This document shows, piece by piece, positions 26,540-37,425 of a DNA stretch of 46,525 nt (position 1 is the stretch's first letter; each line of letters starts with the position of its first letter). The notes under the pieces were generated by a model. It searched no databases, was not told the origin of the DNA, and saw nothing but the letters and a program-made list of their open reading frames with translations. The DNA is from Bdellovibrionales bacterium (lineage in GTDB: Bacteria > Bdellovibrionota > Bdellovibrionia > Bdellovibrionales > JAMPXM01). Where the stretch lies: positions 1 to 46,525 of the forward strand of contig JAYTRM010000191.1 of assembly GCA_043746165.1 (NCBI GenBank), given 5' to 3'. The position numbers and the translations under genes are program-made.

Positions 26540-27760
26540 TTATAGGCCATGCAATTCCTCCTCGAGAAAGGTCAGTTGCATGAACACCTGGTTGGCGACC
26601 ACGCGGCCCGCTGCAGTCAGGCGCCAATTGTCTCCGACTTTCTGCAACAATCCTCGGTCGATTAGTTTTTCGCATATTTCTTGAACCCGCCCGAGGATGG
26701 CCTCTCCAAATTTAAGACGCAGGGCGTTCGCGCTGAGACCGACCTGAAGCCGAAGTGCCGTGTGGCTGAAATCTGTGAGCGCCTGGTGCCTTGCCAGCCG
26801 TTCAATGCTTCGAGCTGGGAGATCGCGGCCGAAATTCCAGACCCCATGAGTTTTTGAAAGCGCATCCATTTCCTTGATCGAACGCTCATAGAGCGGAAGT
26901 GAGGGTTCATTCCAAAAGCGAAATCCCCAATCGTATTCGGGCGCGAAAGCCGAGTTGAAATAACTGTGCGCACCTGTCCCAAGCGACCAATAATTCTGGT
27001 CGGTCCAGTAAAGATGATTATGCCGAGATTCAAAACCAGGGCGCGCGTAATTTGAAATTTCGTAGCGCAAGACCCCAGCTGCCTCAAGATCCGCGTCGAT
27101 GGCTGCGAACATCTCGACCTGTTCTTCCTCCGGAGCTCGACCCTTGGCCATGGGGTGGTGATCGCCAACCGTCAAACAATAGGTGCTAATATGAGCCGGC
27201 GCGAATTCGAGCGCGCGAGCCACATCAGCCCTGACTTCCGCAAGCGTCTGGGTTGGCAGGGCAAAGAGGAGATCAAAGGTGTAGTTAACGCGCTTCGCCT
27301 GAAGCAGACTGAGGAGCTTCACGGTGTCGTCGGCGCTGTGTTCACGTCCGGCGATCTGCAAAAGGCGAGGATTAAAGGTCTGCGCTCCGACGCTGAAGCG
27401 ATTGACGCCAATTTCTAGGTAGCGATCGAGCCGCGCCTCGTCGACCGTGCGAGGGTCAATCTCGAGGGTGAATTCTCCCTCCGCCTTCAGGACTAGGCCC
27501 GCGTTTGCAAGTTCTGTGATTAGCGTTAGAATGAGCGGGGGCTCGATCAGGCTCGGAGTGCCGCCGCCGAAATAGATCGTGTCGATCTTTTGTCCTCGAA
27601 GTCCGCTGCGAACCTCGCTGGCGCGTCCGCGAATTTCGCGAATCAAGAGGTCGACGTATTGTTCGGGCGGCATGATGGTGCCCATCCTGTACTTCGTGAA
27701 ATCGCAGTACGGGCAGATCTGACGACAGTAAGGAATGTGGACGTAAACACCGAACGCCAT
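26540..27760 (-). CDS. hemW: radical SAM heme chaperone HemW (HemN-like)
   Basis: YVHIPYC, CRQICPYC, YFGGGTPS, YEISNY, HNHLYW; start ATG27760 or GTG27769. Confidence 0.9.
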   Translation of the reverse strand: MAFGVYVHIPYCRQICPYCDFTKYRMGTIMPPEQYVDLLIREIRGRASEVRSGLRGQKIDTIYFGGGTPSLIEPPLILTLITELANAGLVLKAEGEFTLEIDPRTVDEARLDRYLEIGVNRFSVGAQTFNPRLLQIAGREHSADDTVKLLSLLQAKRVNYTFDLLFALPTQTLAEVRADVARALEFAPAHISTYCLTVGDHHPMAKGRAPEEEQVEMFAAIDADLEAAGVLRYEISNYARPGFESRHNHLYWTDQNYWSLGTGAHSYFNSAFAPEYDWGFRFWNEPSLPLYERSIKEMDALSKTHGVWNFGRDLPARSIERLARHQALTDFSHTALRLQVGLSANALRLKFGEAILGRVQEICEKLIDRGLLQKVGDNWRLTAAGRVVANQVFMQLTFLEEELHGL

Positions 27761-27771
27761 GGAGCTCACAA

Positions 27772-30426
27772 ATGTCTGTTCGAAAGGCCAAAGCCAGTCC
27801 TAAAGCGTCTTTGATCAAGCGCCGCAAACTCAAAAACGGCATGGACGTGCTGCTCATTGAAAATCACAAAGCGCCGGTTGTGTCAGTACAAATGTGGGTT
27901 AAAACAGGATCGGCCGACGAACAAAAGGGTGAAGAGGGCATCAGCCACTTCATCGAGCACTTAGTATTCAAAGGCACCGAGCGCTACGGAGTGGGCGAAA
28001 TCGCAGCCATTGTTGAAGCTTCGGGAGGTGAGCTCAATGCCTACACGTCCTTTGATCAGACGGTGTTTTACGTCAATATTTCGCGTGAGTTCGCGGAAGT
28101 TGGCCTCGATGTCATCGCGCAGATGATGGGCTTTCCGAAATTTGATTCGGGCGAGATCGATAACGAACGCGAAGTTGTCATTGAAGAAATCAAGCGCGGC
28201 AACGATAGCCCCGGACGCCAGGCGAGTCGGCTGCTGTTTTCAACAGTGTTTAAAAAGCATCCCTACGGTATTCCGGTCATCGGCTACGACCGCGTGATTA
28301 AAAAAGTGAAGCGAAAGACGCTCGCTGACTATTACCAAAGTCGCTATATTCCGAAAAATATGCATCTCGTGGTCGCGGGGGATTTCGAAACTTCGGAGAT
28401 GGCGAAGAGAATCGACGAACTTTTTGGCAGGTTTGCGCCGAACCGCTTGCGCAAAGTGACACGTCACAAGGAGCCGAAACAGAGCAGTTGTCGAATCAAG
28501 GTCGAGAAAGCTGCATTTGAAGAGGCGCAGTTTCACTTTGCCTGGCGTGTTCCAGGTGCCGCGCACAAAGACGTGGCGGCTCTCGACGTCCTAGCAATGA
28601 TCCTGGGCCAGGGCGAAAGCTCGCGCCTCGCACAAAAATTGCGAATGGAATCTCCGATTACCAATTCAATCGGCGCGAGCACATTCACTCCCAGAGAAAA
28701 CGGCTTATTTACGATTTCGGCCACGCTCAATGTCGATCAGGCAGAGGCCGCGTTCAACGGTTTAAAAAATGAGCTCCTTCGCATGGCGAGCGAGCCGCCA
28801 ACACCCGCCGAGCTTCAGCGAGCAATCGTGAATTTCGAGAGCGAAGAATTCTATTCGATGGAAACAATCGAGGGCGTGGCCCGCAAAGCCGGTAGCTTTG
28901 AAAACCTCATGGGCGACTACAATTACTTTCAGAAGTTTATGAAACAGATTTATGCGCTGAAGCCAGAAGATATTTTAAAAGCTGCTCGCAAGTATCTAGG
29001 AACGGCGGAGCTCACGATCGTGTCGATGGTCCCGCGACATGAAAAGCAAGTTGCCGCTCACCTGAAGTCCTGGGTGAAGACCTATCAAAAAGAATACGAT
29101 CAGGCGAAAAAAGCAAAGATCGCTCGGCAAAAAATTTCTAAAGCCAAAAAAGTGAAATGGTCTCTCGACAACAAGCGTGCTGGGACCTCGGGGCTGGAAG
29201 TTGAAAAGCACATCCTCAAATCGGGCGCGACGGTGTTTTTCCGGCCGACCCACGATACACCGGTGTTCAGTGCTAAGGCCGGCTTTCTCGGAGGCTTGCG
29301 CCTCGAAGATTCGTCGCAAGCGGGTGTGACCGAGCTTCTGTCGCGGGTGTGGACAAGCGGAACCAAAGATTGGAGCGAAGCCGAAATCGCCAATCGCATC
29401 GAAAACATGGCGGGTGGTCTCAGTGCGTTCGGCGGTCGCAACTCAGTGGGGCTTTCACTGCAGTCGATTGCTCCGTTTGAAAATGAAGCCCTCGACCTTT
29501 TTGACGAAATCCTCGTCGCCCCGGTGATTAATGCAGGTGCGGTTGATCGCGAAAAAACCGTCATGCAGGAGGCGATCCGTTCGCGCGACGATAATCCCGG
29601 GCAGATCGTCTCGCAAATGTTCGCCGAGATGATGTTTAAGGGCCATCCGTACGCGCGTGACCTTTACGGCAGCCGCGAATCGGTTGAGACTTTAAAACTT
29701 CCAATCGTGAATTCGCACCTCGCAAAAATGGCGAGCGCAAAAAATCTCACGGTCGCAATTACCGGAAGTGTTCATCCTAAACTTTGGCTCGATCGTTTGG
29801 AAGCCGCTACGGAACGACTTGGCGGCGGAGCAGCTGTGAAAAATAACTTTCCTCATAGCGGCCCGAAAACCCAGGTGGAAGATTATCGCCACCTCACTCG
29901 AGAGCAAAGTCATATCATCGTCGGTTACAAGGGCCTAACCTTGAGCGATCCGAGGCGCTACACTCTGCAAGTCATGCAGTCTATTTTAGCTGGCCAAGGT
30001 GGTCGCCTGTTTCTCGAGCTACGCGATAAGGCATCCCTCGCCTACACGGTATCGCCGCTGCGCATGGAAGGTCTTGAAACTGGATATTTCGGCGCCTACA
30101 TTGGCTGTTCGCCCGAAAAGGGCGCAAAAGCGATCGAGATGATGAATATTGAATTTCGCAAGCTCGTCGACAGCAAAGTCGGAGATGCCGAGCTCGAGCG
30201 CGCTAAACGATATTTAATTGGTCGTCACGATATCGATCTGCAGCGCAGTTCTGCGATTTGCTCTTCGATCCTGTTCAACGAGATTTACGGAATCTCGAGT
30301 GACGAAGTGTTCAAATACTCAGAATACCTTCATGAAATTTCTGCTGCCGATGTTCAGAAGCTCGCGAGCGAAATATTCTCGCAACCAAAGGTGTTGGCTG
30401 CAGTTGGGCCCACGAAGCCTTGGTAA
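27772..30426 (+). CDS. M16 family zinc peptidase (two fused M16 units)
   Basis: HFIEH (HxxEH), NAYTSFDQTVF, EREVVIEE; second unit lacks HxxEH but has LF.ELR....AY. Confidence 0.93.
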   Translation: MSVRKAKASPKASLIKRRKLKNGMDVLLIENHKAPVVSVQMWVKTGSADEQKGEEGISHFIEHLVFKGTERYGVGEIAAIVEASGGELNAYTSFDQTVFYVNISREFAEVGLDVIAQMMGFPKFDSGEIDNEREVVIEEIKRGNDSPGRQASRLLFSTVFKKHPYGIPVIGYDRVIKKVKRKTLADYYQSRYIPKNMHLVVAGDFETSEMAKRIDELFGRFAPNRLRKVTRHKEPKQSSCRIKVEKAAFEEAQFHFAWRVPGAAHKDVAALDVLAMILGQGESSRLAQKLRMESPITNSIGASTFTPRENGLFTISATLNVDQAEAAFNGLKNELLRMASEPPTPAELQRAIVNFESEEFYSMETIEGVARKAGSFENLMGDYNYFQKFMKQIYALKPEDILKAARKYLGTAELTIVSMVPRHEKQVAAHLKSWVKTYQKEYDQAKKAKIARQKISKAKKVKWSLDNKRAGTSGLEVEKHILKSGATVFFRPTHDTPVFSAKAGFLGGLRLEDSSQAGVTELLSRVWTSGTKDWSEAEIANRIENMAGGLSAFGGRNSVGLSLQSIAPFENEALDLFDEILVAPVINAGAVDREKTVMQEAIRSRDDNPGQIVSQMFAEMMFKGHPYARDLYGSRESVETLKLPIVNSHLAKMASAKNLTVAITGSVHPKLWLDRLEAATERLGGGAAVKNNFPHSGPKTQVEDYRHLTREQSHIIVGYKGLTLSDPRRYTLQVMQSILAGQGGRLFLELRDKASLAYTVSPLRMEGLETGYFGAYIGCSPEKGAKAIEMMNIEFRKLVDSKVGDAELERAKRYLIGRHDIDLQRSSAICSSILFNEIYGISSDEVFKYSEYLHEISAADVQKLASEIFSQPKVLAAVGPTKPW

Positions 30427-30454
30427 GAGAAGGTTCGTCACCAGGCTCGCTTTT

Positions 30455-31012
30455 TTACCAGGTTCGCTTCCGTTGGGGAATTTTTTGGTACGCGGGATTT
30501 TGTAATAATCCCGCAAGGTAGTCGATCTCATAGCGACTGAGCCCAAGCGCGGTCGCCCACTTCAGCTGGAAGCGAAGGGCGCCCCTTTCGTTGCTCGCGT
30601 GCTCCTGGGAGTTCATTTTTCCGTAACGAAACCAGGCCTGGTAACCGTCGAGATGGTTCATAAATTGGTGAATGTGATAGCAGTCGTGGAGGATTGAACT
30701 GGCGAGATACTCGCGGCTCGATCTCTCGATGAGTCCTCGTCCGATATAGAAGACCCCGCTTTCGACCTTCACTCCGGAACCAAGGTTGGCGCTGACGCGA
30801 ATTTCCTTGAGTAGCTTGAGAATCTTTTCCGCCTCGGCACTCAAGGTTGTCTCTTCGAGCAGATTGATCGCGCTGCCGATTTTCCTTTTGAACTGAAGTC
30901 GGGTCGACCTCAGGTAGCGACGATCGATTTTTATTTTGGTACGCACGTTCATCTCTTTTAGCATCGTGGCCTCCCGGCCGTATGGAAAGTCCAACGTTTC
31001 AAAACGAGACAT
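30455..31012 (-). CDS. hypothetical protein with a zincin-like HDxxH motif
   Basis: LASSILHDCYHIHQ, then NERGALRFQ; start uncertain. Confidence 0.6.
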   Translation of the reverse strand: MSRFETLDFPYGREATMLKEMNVRTKIKIDRRYLRSTRLQFKRKIGSAINLLEETTLSAEAEKILKLLKEIRVSANLGSGVKVESGVFYIGRGLIERSSREYLASSILHDCYHIHQFMNHLDGYQAWFRYGKMNSQEHASNERGALRFQLKWATALGLSRYEIDYLAGLLQNPAYQKIPQRKRTW

Positions 31013-31071
31013 GCTCGCACGTCCTTGGACCAGAAATAACGATTACAGCCTAGCGACGAAAGGTTGGTGCG

Positions 31072-31097
31072 TAAATTTCGCCGCATTATGCCGATTA
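31072..31097 (+). promoter_or_regulatory. sigma28-like promoter
   Basis: TAAA-N14-GCCGATTA upstream of ORF 31125. Confidence 0.4.
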
Positions 31098-31124
31098 CTG
31101 ATAAAATGAAGTTCGGAGCTGAAC

Positions 31125-31745
31125 ATGGGTCGTAATGACCAAGACTTAAGCCAGTCGCTAGTTCTCTCATCTCACGAGTATTTTTCTGAGATCGTGACGG
31201 ACGCGTTTGAGCGTCGCAAGCTTCGCACCTTCCCCCACGTAAAGAGCTATATGGTAGAGTTGCTTGAAGCCCATATTCCTGCAGAGAATCTTTTTGATGA
31301 CAAGGATTCTTCAGGCCGGCGCATACGCGATACCCTGGCTGAAACTTTGCTGCGGGCTCAATCGTCTGACACTTTAGTCAAGATTGAACTGCTTAAGAAA
31401 CTTGGAGATCGCTCTCTTTATATCAGTGGATTTTTTGGCGATAGCCTTCAGCGCAAGCTGGTCGATGTCGATTATTACGCCGACATGGGTTGCACCGCGT
31501 ACTCGGCCCTCTCTGATTGCGTGCGTGAGGACGCTGCGGCACGAATATATCGAGAAATTTCCAAGAGATTCTTGGAATTCGTTGATGTACTGGCCGATAT
31601 CAGCACCCGCTCTCACGTGGCAAATGAGGAAAACCTTTTACGTCTCTTCGAAATTTACGCCAGGACCGGATCTGAGGTCGCGCGCGAGCGATTGATTGAA
31701 AAGGGCCTCATTTCGATTCCAGAAACAATCAAGAAAAACCAATAG
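31125..31745 (+). CDS. conserved hypothetical helical protein
   Basis: LGDRSLYISGFF..SL.RKLVDVDYY..MG..AY block resembles an uncharacterised family recalled from other Gram-negatives; GGAG SD. Confidence 0.8.
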   Translation: MGRNDQDLSQSLVLSSHEYFSEIVTDAFERRKLRTFPHVKSYMVELLEAHIPAENLFDDKDSSGRRIRDTLAETLLRAQSSDTLVKIELLKKLGDRSLYISGFFGDSLQRKLVDVDYYADMGCTAYSALSDCVREDAAARIYREISKRFLEFVDVLADISTRSHVANEENLLRLFEIYARTGSEVARERLIEKGLISIPETIKKNQ

Positions 31746-31859
31746 AAACTTTCTCCCTGTGCCGGACGAATCGTAACATACGGTAGACTAATCGCCTGCG
31801 AGCAAGCTAGACTCTATATGGTTGAAGTCGAGAGTCTCGCAGCGGAGCTTGAGAACACT

Positions 31860-32288
31860 ATGTTTGGATTTAATTTCGGAGAAATGTTGTTGATTGCGGC
31901 AATTGCGTTGATCGCGCTCGGGCCGAAGCAACTGCCTGAAGTCGCACGGGTCATTGGCAAATTTTTAAATGAATTCAAAAGGGCGAGCAGCGAGTTCCAG
32001 CGCAATCTGACCGACGCAAATAACACCACGAACCAGGCCTTTACCAATATGAAAAAGGTCATGGACGAAACGCTTAAACCAGTGGTTGGGCAAATTAATC
32101 AAAGCCTCAATCAGCAGCTCGATCTTACCGCCCAAACTCCGGCTCCGCCGGCACATCACGCGCCGGCCAAAGAGACAATCGCTCTCGATGACGCCCATCA
32201 AATGAGTTTTAACCTTGACGAGTCAAAGCCCGGCATACAGATGGCCTTGGTTGACGAGCCCTCGACTTCCGGCAAGAAAGTCGACTGA
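31860..32288 (+). CDS. tatB: twin-arginine translocase TatB (TatA/B family)
   Basis: MFGFNFGEMLLIAAIALIALGPKQLPEVAR, amphipathic helix; adjacent to tatC. Confidence 0.88.
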   Translation: MFGFNFGEMLLIAAIALIALGPKQLPEVARVIGKFLNEFKRASSEFQRNLTDANNTTNQAFTNMKKVMDETLKPVVGQINQSLNQQLDLTAQTPAPPAHHAPAKETIALDDAHQMSFNLDESKPGIQMALVDEPSTSGKKVD

Positions 32289-33031
32289 TGTCTGGAAATC
32301 CCAACGACATGGCTCCTGGGCAGTCACTTTTCGATCATTTAGGCGAGCTTCGCGACCGACTCGTGAAATCGGCTTGGGCAATTGCTTTGACGACCGCAGT
32401 TTGTTGGATCTTCCACGAACAACTTTTCGATGCTTTGCGTGAACCCATCGCTCCCTTTCTTGAGGGAAATGGTCTCGTTTTCACCCATCCCATCGACAAA
32501 TTCATGTCGCATTTAAAAGTCACGGTCCTCGCGGGGGTCGTAATCGCGTGTCCAATTTGGCTTTATCAAGCGTGGATGTTCGTGGCGCCCGGTCTTTACA
32601 GTCACGAAAAAAAGTACAGCATCATTTTTATTACTTCCGGCACCGTGCTTTTTGCGGTCGGTGTTTCGTTTTGTTATTTCTTGGTTTTGCCGGCGGCATT
32701 TCAGTTCTTGCTCAATTTCGGGGGTAAAACGGATCACCCGATGATTACGATCAATGAGTACTTATCGTTTTTCACTACGATGATCTTGGTTTTTGGTTTG
32801 GCGTTTGAGCTGCCGCTGGTCATCGTCGTGCTCGGAGTGATCGGCATCGTCGATGCTAAATTTTTGCGCGACAAACGTCGCATCATGATCGTAGTTCTCG
32901 CCATAGCTTCGGCAATCGTGACTCCGCCGGATATCATGAGTATGCTTTTGCTCTTCGTTCCTCTCTGGGTACTCTACGAGATTTCGATTATCTTAGTGGC
33001 GGTCCTGGGGAAAAAGAAATCTGTAGCGTAG
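32288..33031 (+). CDS. tatC: twin-arginine translocase TatC
   Basis: HLGELRDRL, YQAWMFVAPGLY, FELP, TPPD. Confidence 0.97.
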   Translation: MSGNPNDMAPGQSLFDHLGELRDRLVKSAWAIALTTAVCWIFHEQLFDALREPIAPFLEGNGLVFTHPIDKFMSHLKVTVLAGVVIACPIWLYQAWMFVAPGLYSHEKKYSIIFITSGTVLFAVGVSFCYFLVLPAAFQFLLNFGGKTDHPMITINEYLSFFTTMILVFGLAFELPLVIVVLGVIGIVDAKFLRDKRRIMIVVLAIASAIVTPPDIMSMLLLFVPLWVLYEISIILVAVLGKKKSVA

Positions 33032-33037
33032 GCGTCG

Positions 33038-34498
33038 ATGAAAGATTTCAATCAGGCGAAATTCACCGCAGTCATCAGCGACCTTCATCTCTGTGAAGCT
33101 GAGCCAATCAATTCCAAATTCCCGCTGTGGAAAAAGTATAAGACGCGCGAGTTCTTTTTTGATGACGTGTTCGCCGACTTTCTACGACACATAGTCACGA
33201 TGGCCGAAGGGCAAGAAGTCGAACTCGTGCTCAACGGCGATATCTTTGATTTCGACAGCGTCTTGGCGTTGCCCGAAGATCCACCTTATCGGGTCAGTTC
33301 TATTGAACGAAGCCGCGGACTTTATTCCGAAGCGGAAAAGTCAGTTTTCAAGCTCGATAAAATTCTTGACGACCACACCGGATGGCTCACTGCGCTTCGC
33401 TGGTTTGTCCAGTGTGGACACCGAGTGATCTTTGTCATTGGCAATCACGATCTTGAGCTGCACTGGCCTCAGGTGCAGGCTCTTTTTTTAAAGCGCCTCA
33501 ATCTGCCGGAGACTTTTTGTGAAAACGTTCGCTTCTGCGAATGGTTTTATATTTCCAATGCCGATACCTTCATCGAGCATGGCAACCAGCTCGATCCGTA
33601 TTGCGTTTGCCTGGATCCACTCAATCCCTACGTTTTGCAGTACAACAAGGTCGAAATTCGTCTGCCATTTGGCAACCTTGCCTGCCGCTACATGATAAAC
33701 GGAATGGGATTTTTTAATCCGCATGTCGATGCCAATTACATCATGTCGATTCCCGAATATTTGAAGTTTTTCTTTCAGTATATGGCGCGCGCCCAACCGT
33801 TGATTGTGTGGACGTGGTTTTACGGCTCATTCCTCACTCTGACTAAATCGATTTCGGACACGCTGCTTCCGGCCCTACGTGATCCCTTGAAAACTGAGGA
33901 CCGTGTGGATGAAGTTGCGGTCAAAGCCAATGCCACGCCGCGGATGGTTCGCGAGCTCAGAGAAATTTTCGCCCACCCGGCGACCCACCGACCCTTGATA
34001 ATCGCCCGCGAACTCTGGCTCGATCGCGCTTTCATGATCTTGATTACGCTCGTGGCCCTCCTCGAAGCATTTTTGTTTATTAAGCAAGTTTTTGACATCT
34101 CATTTTTCTGGATGTTCATCCCCATTTTGCTTTTTGTTCCGTTTTTTCTTTTCTACAGCCGTGCGATTCGCTCCAACGTCAGCCAATTTAAAGAGCCACA
34201 GGACGATATTTTGGCGATGACCGGGACGATCACCCACACTCACCGAGTTATTTATGGCCATACACACATCGTTCGCCACGAAATTATTGGCGCAATTGAA
34301 CATCTTAATCCTGGCTCCTGGTCGCCTGCTTTTCTCGATGTCGAATGCACCAGGCCGATGGGCCAGCGCACCTTCATATGGATTTATCCCAGTGCGGGCG
34401 GCGCACGCGAGGCGCGGCTTTATAATTTTGCCGGAAATATGACTGATGCGAATCGCGATGCGCGCCGAGCCATCGGCCCTGCTTCCACGGCGCGTTAA
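33038..34498 (+). CDS. calcineurin-like metallophosphoesterase with two TM helices
   Basis: SDLH, NGDIFD, GNHD, EHGN, GHTH; hydrophobic hairpin between motifs IV and V. Confidence 0.85.
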   Translation: MKDFNQAKFTAVISDLHLCEAEPINSKFPLWKKYKTREFFFDDVFADFLRHIVTMAEGQEVELVLNGDIFDFDSVLALPEDPPYRVSSIERSRGLYSEAEKSVFKLDKILDDHTGWLTALRWFVQCGHRVIFVIGNHDLELHWPQVQALFLKRLNLPETFCENVRFCEWFYISNADTFIEHGNQLDPYCVCLDPLNPYVLQYNKVEIRLPFGNLACRYMINGMGFFNPHVDANYIMSIPEYLKFFFQYMARAQPLIVWTWFYGSFLTLTKSISDTLLPALRDPLKTEDRVDEVAVKANATPRMVRELREIFAHPATHRPLIIARELWLDRAFMILITLVALLEAFLFIKQVFDISFFWMFIPILLFVPFFLFYSRAIRSNVSQFKEPQDDILAMTGTITHTHRVIYGHTHIVRHEIIGAIEHLNPGSWSPAFLDVECTRPMGQRTFIWIYPSAGGAREARLYNFAGNMTDANRDARRAIGPASTAR

Positions 34499-34510
34499 GA
34501 GGCTGAGCTG

Positions 34511-34539
34511 TTGCTTGGCCCTTAAAATCGTTTTAAACT
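34511..34539 (+). promoter_or_regulatory. sigma70-like promoter of the histone gene
   Basis: TTGCTT-N17-TAAACT; strong TAAGGAG SD downstream. Confidence 0.55.
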
Positions 34540-34583
34540 GCAATGGTCGTGAAGTTATCTAGACCAAGTAAGGAGATATCGAT

Positions 34584-34778
34584 ATGGCAGAAGTTCTTGT
34601 CGTAACCAGCAAAGTTAAGAAATACATCAAAGAAAAAGGCGACTGCAACACGTCTGCGGAAACCATCGATGTCTTGAGTAAGGCCGTCGAAGCTCTCTGC
34701 GAAAAAGGAATGGAAAGTGCTAAAGCCGATGGGCGCAAAACGGTCATGGCCCGCGACATCGTCATCGATCACCTGTAG
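34584..34778 (+). CDS. bacterial histone-fold protein, orthologue of Bdellovibrio Bd0055 (HBb)
   Basis: 64 aa; MAEVLVVTSKVKK.IKEKG..NTSAETIDVLSKA and histone L2/alpha3 signature A.ADGRKTVMARD; own promoter, SD and terminator. Confidence 0.93.
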   Translation: MAEVLVVTSKVKKYIKEKGDCNTSAETIDVLSKAVEALCEKGMESAKADGRKTVMARDIVIDHL

Positions 34779-34820
34779 TCGCTTCGAAGTTCTTAAGCAT
34801 CAAAATGATATCAAGATTGA

Positions 34821-37015
<2,195 letters not shown>

Positions 37016-37121
37016 CTAGAATAGATCCGTCAAGGCCGACGCTGCAGGTGTCCGAGAATCGGCAATCCTCATTGAAGAAAAATCATGCATCCGGTAGTTT
37101 CAAGCAAACCAAGGAGCCCCG

Positions 37122-37403
37122 ATGCTAGATAAGAAGACGGTTGAAAAAGTCGCGGGCTTAGCCCGGCTCAAAATGTCGGAGACCGAAATTGAGGATTTCA
37201 CCAAGGTCCTTTCTGCCGTTCTCGAAAATTTCGAACAAATCTCCAAAGTGAATACCGACAACGTCAAGCCACTGGTCACCCCGACCGACATGGCCCTGAG
37301 CCTCAGACCCGATCAAGTTGAAGCGATGCCCGGGCACAGCCGCATTCTCGATCATGCGCCTGAAACGACAGGTCGCCTTTTCCGAGTTCCCCCCGTTGTC
37401 TAA
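37122..37403 (+). CDS. gatC: Asp/Glu-tRNA amidotransferase subunit C
   Basis: VAGLARL, FRVPPV; first gene of gatCAB; AAGGAG SD. Confidence 0.95.
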   Translation: MLDKKTVEKVAGLARLKMSETEIEDFTKVLSAVLENFEQISKVNTDNVKPLVTPTDMALSLRPDQVEAMPGHSRILDHAPETTGRLFRVPPVV

Positions 37404-37425
37404 TTTTAATCAGGAGTCTTAAGAA

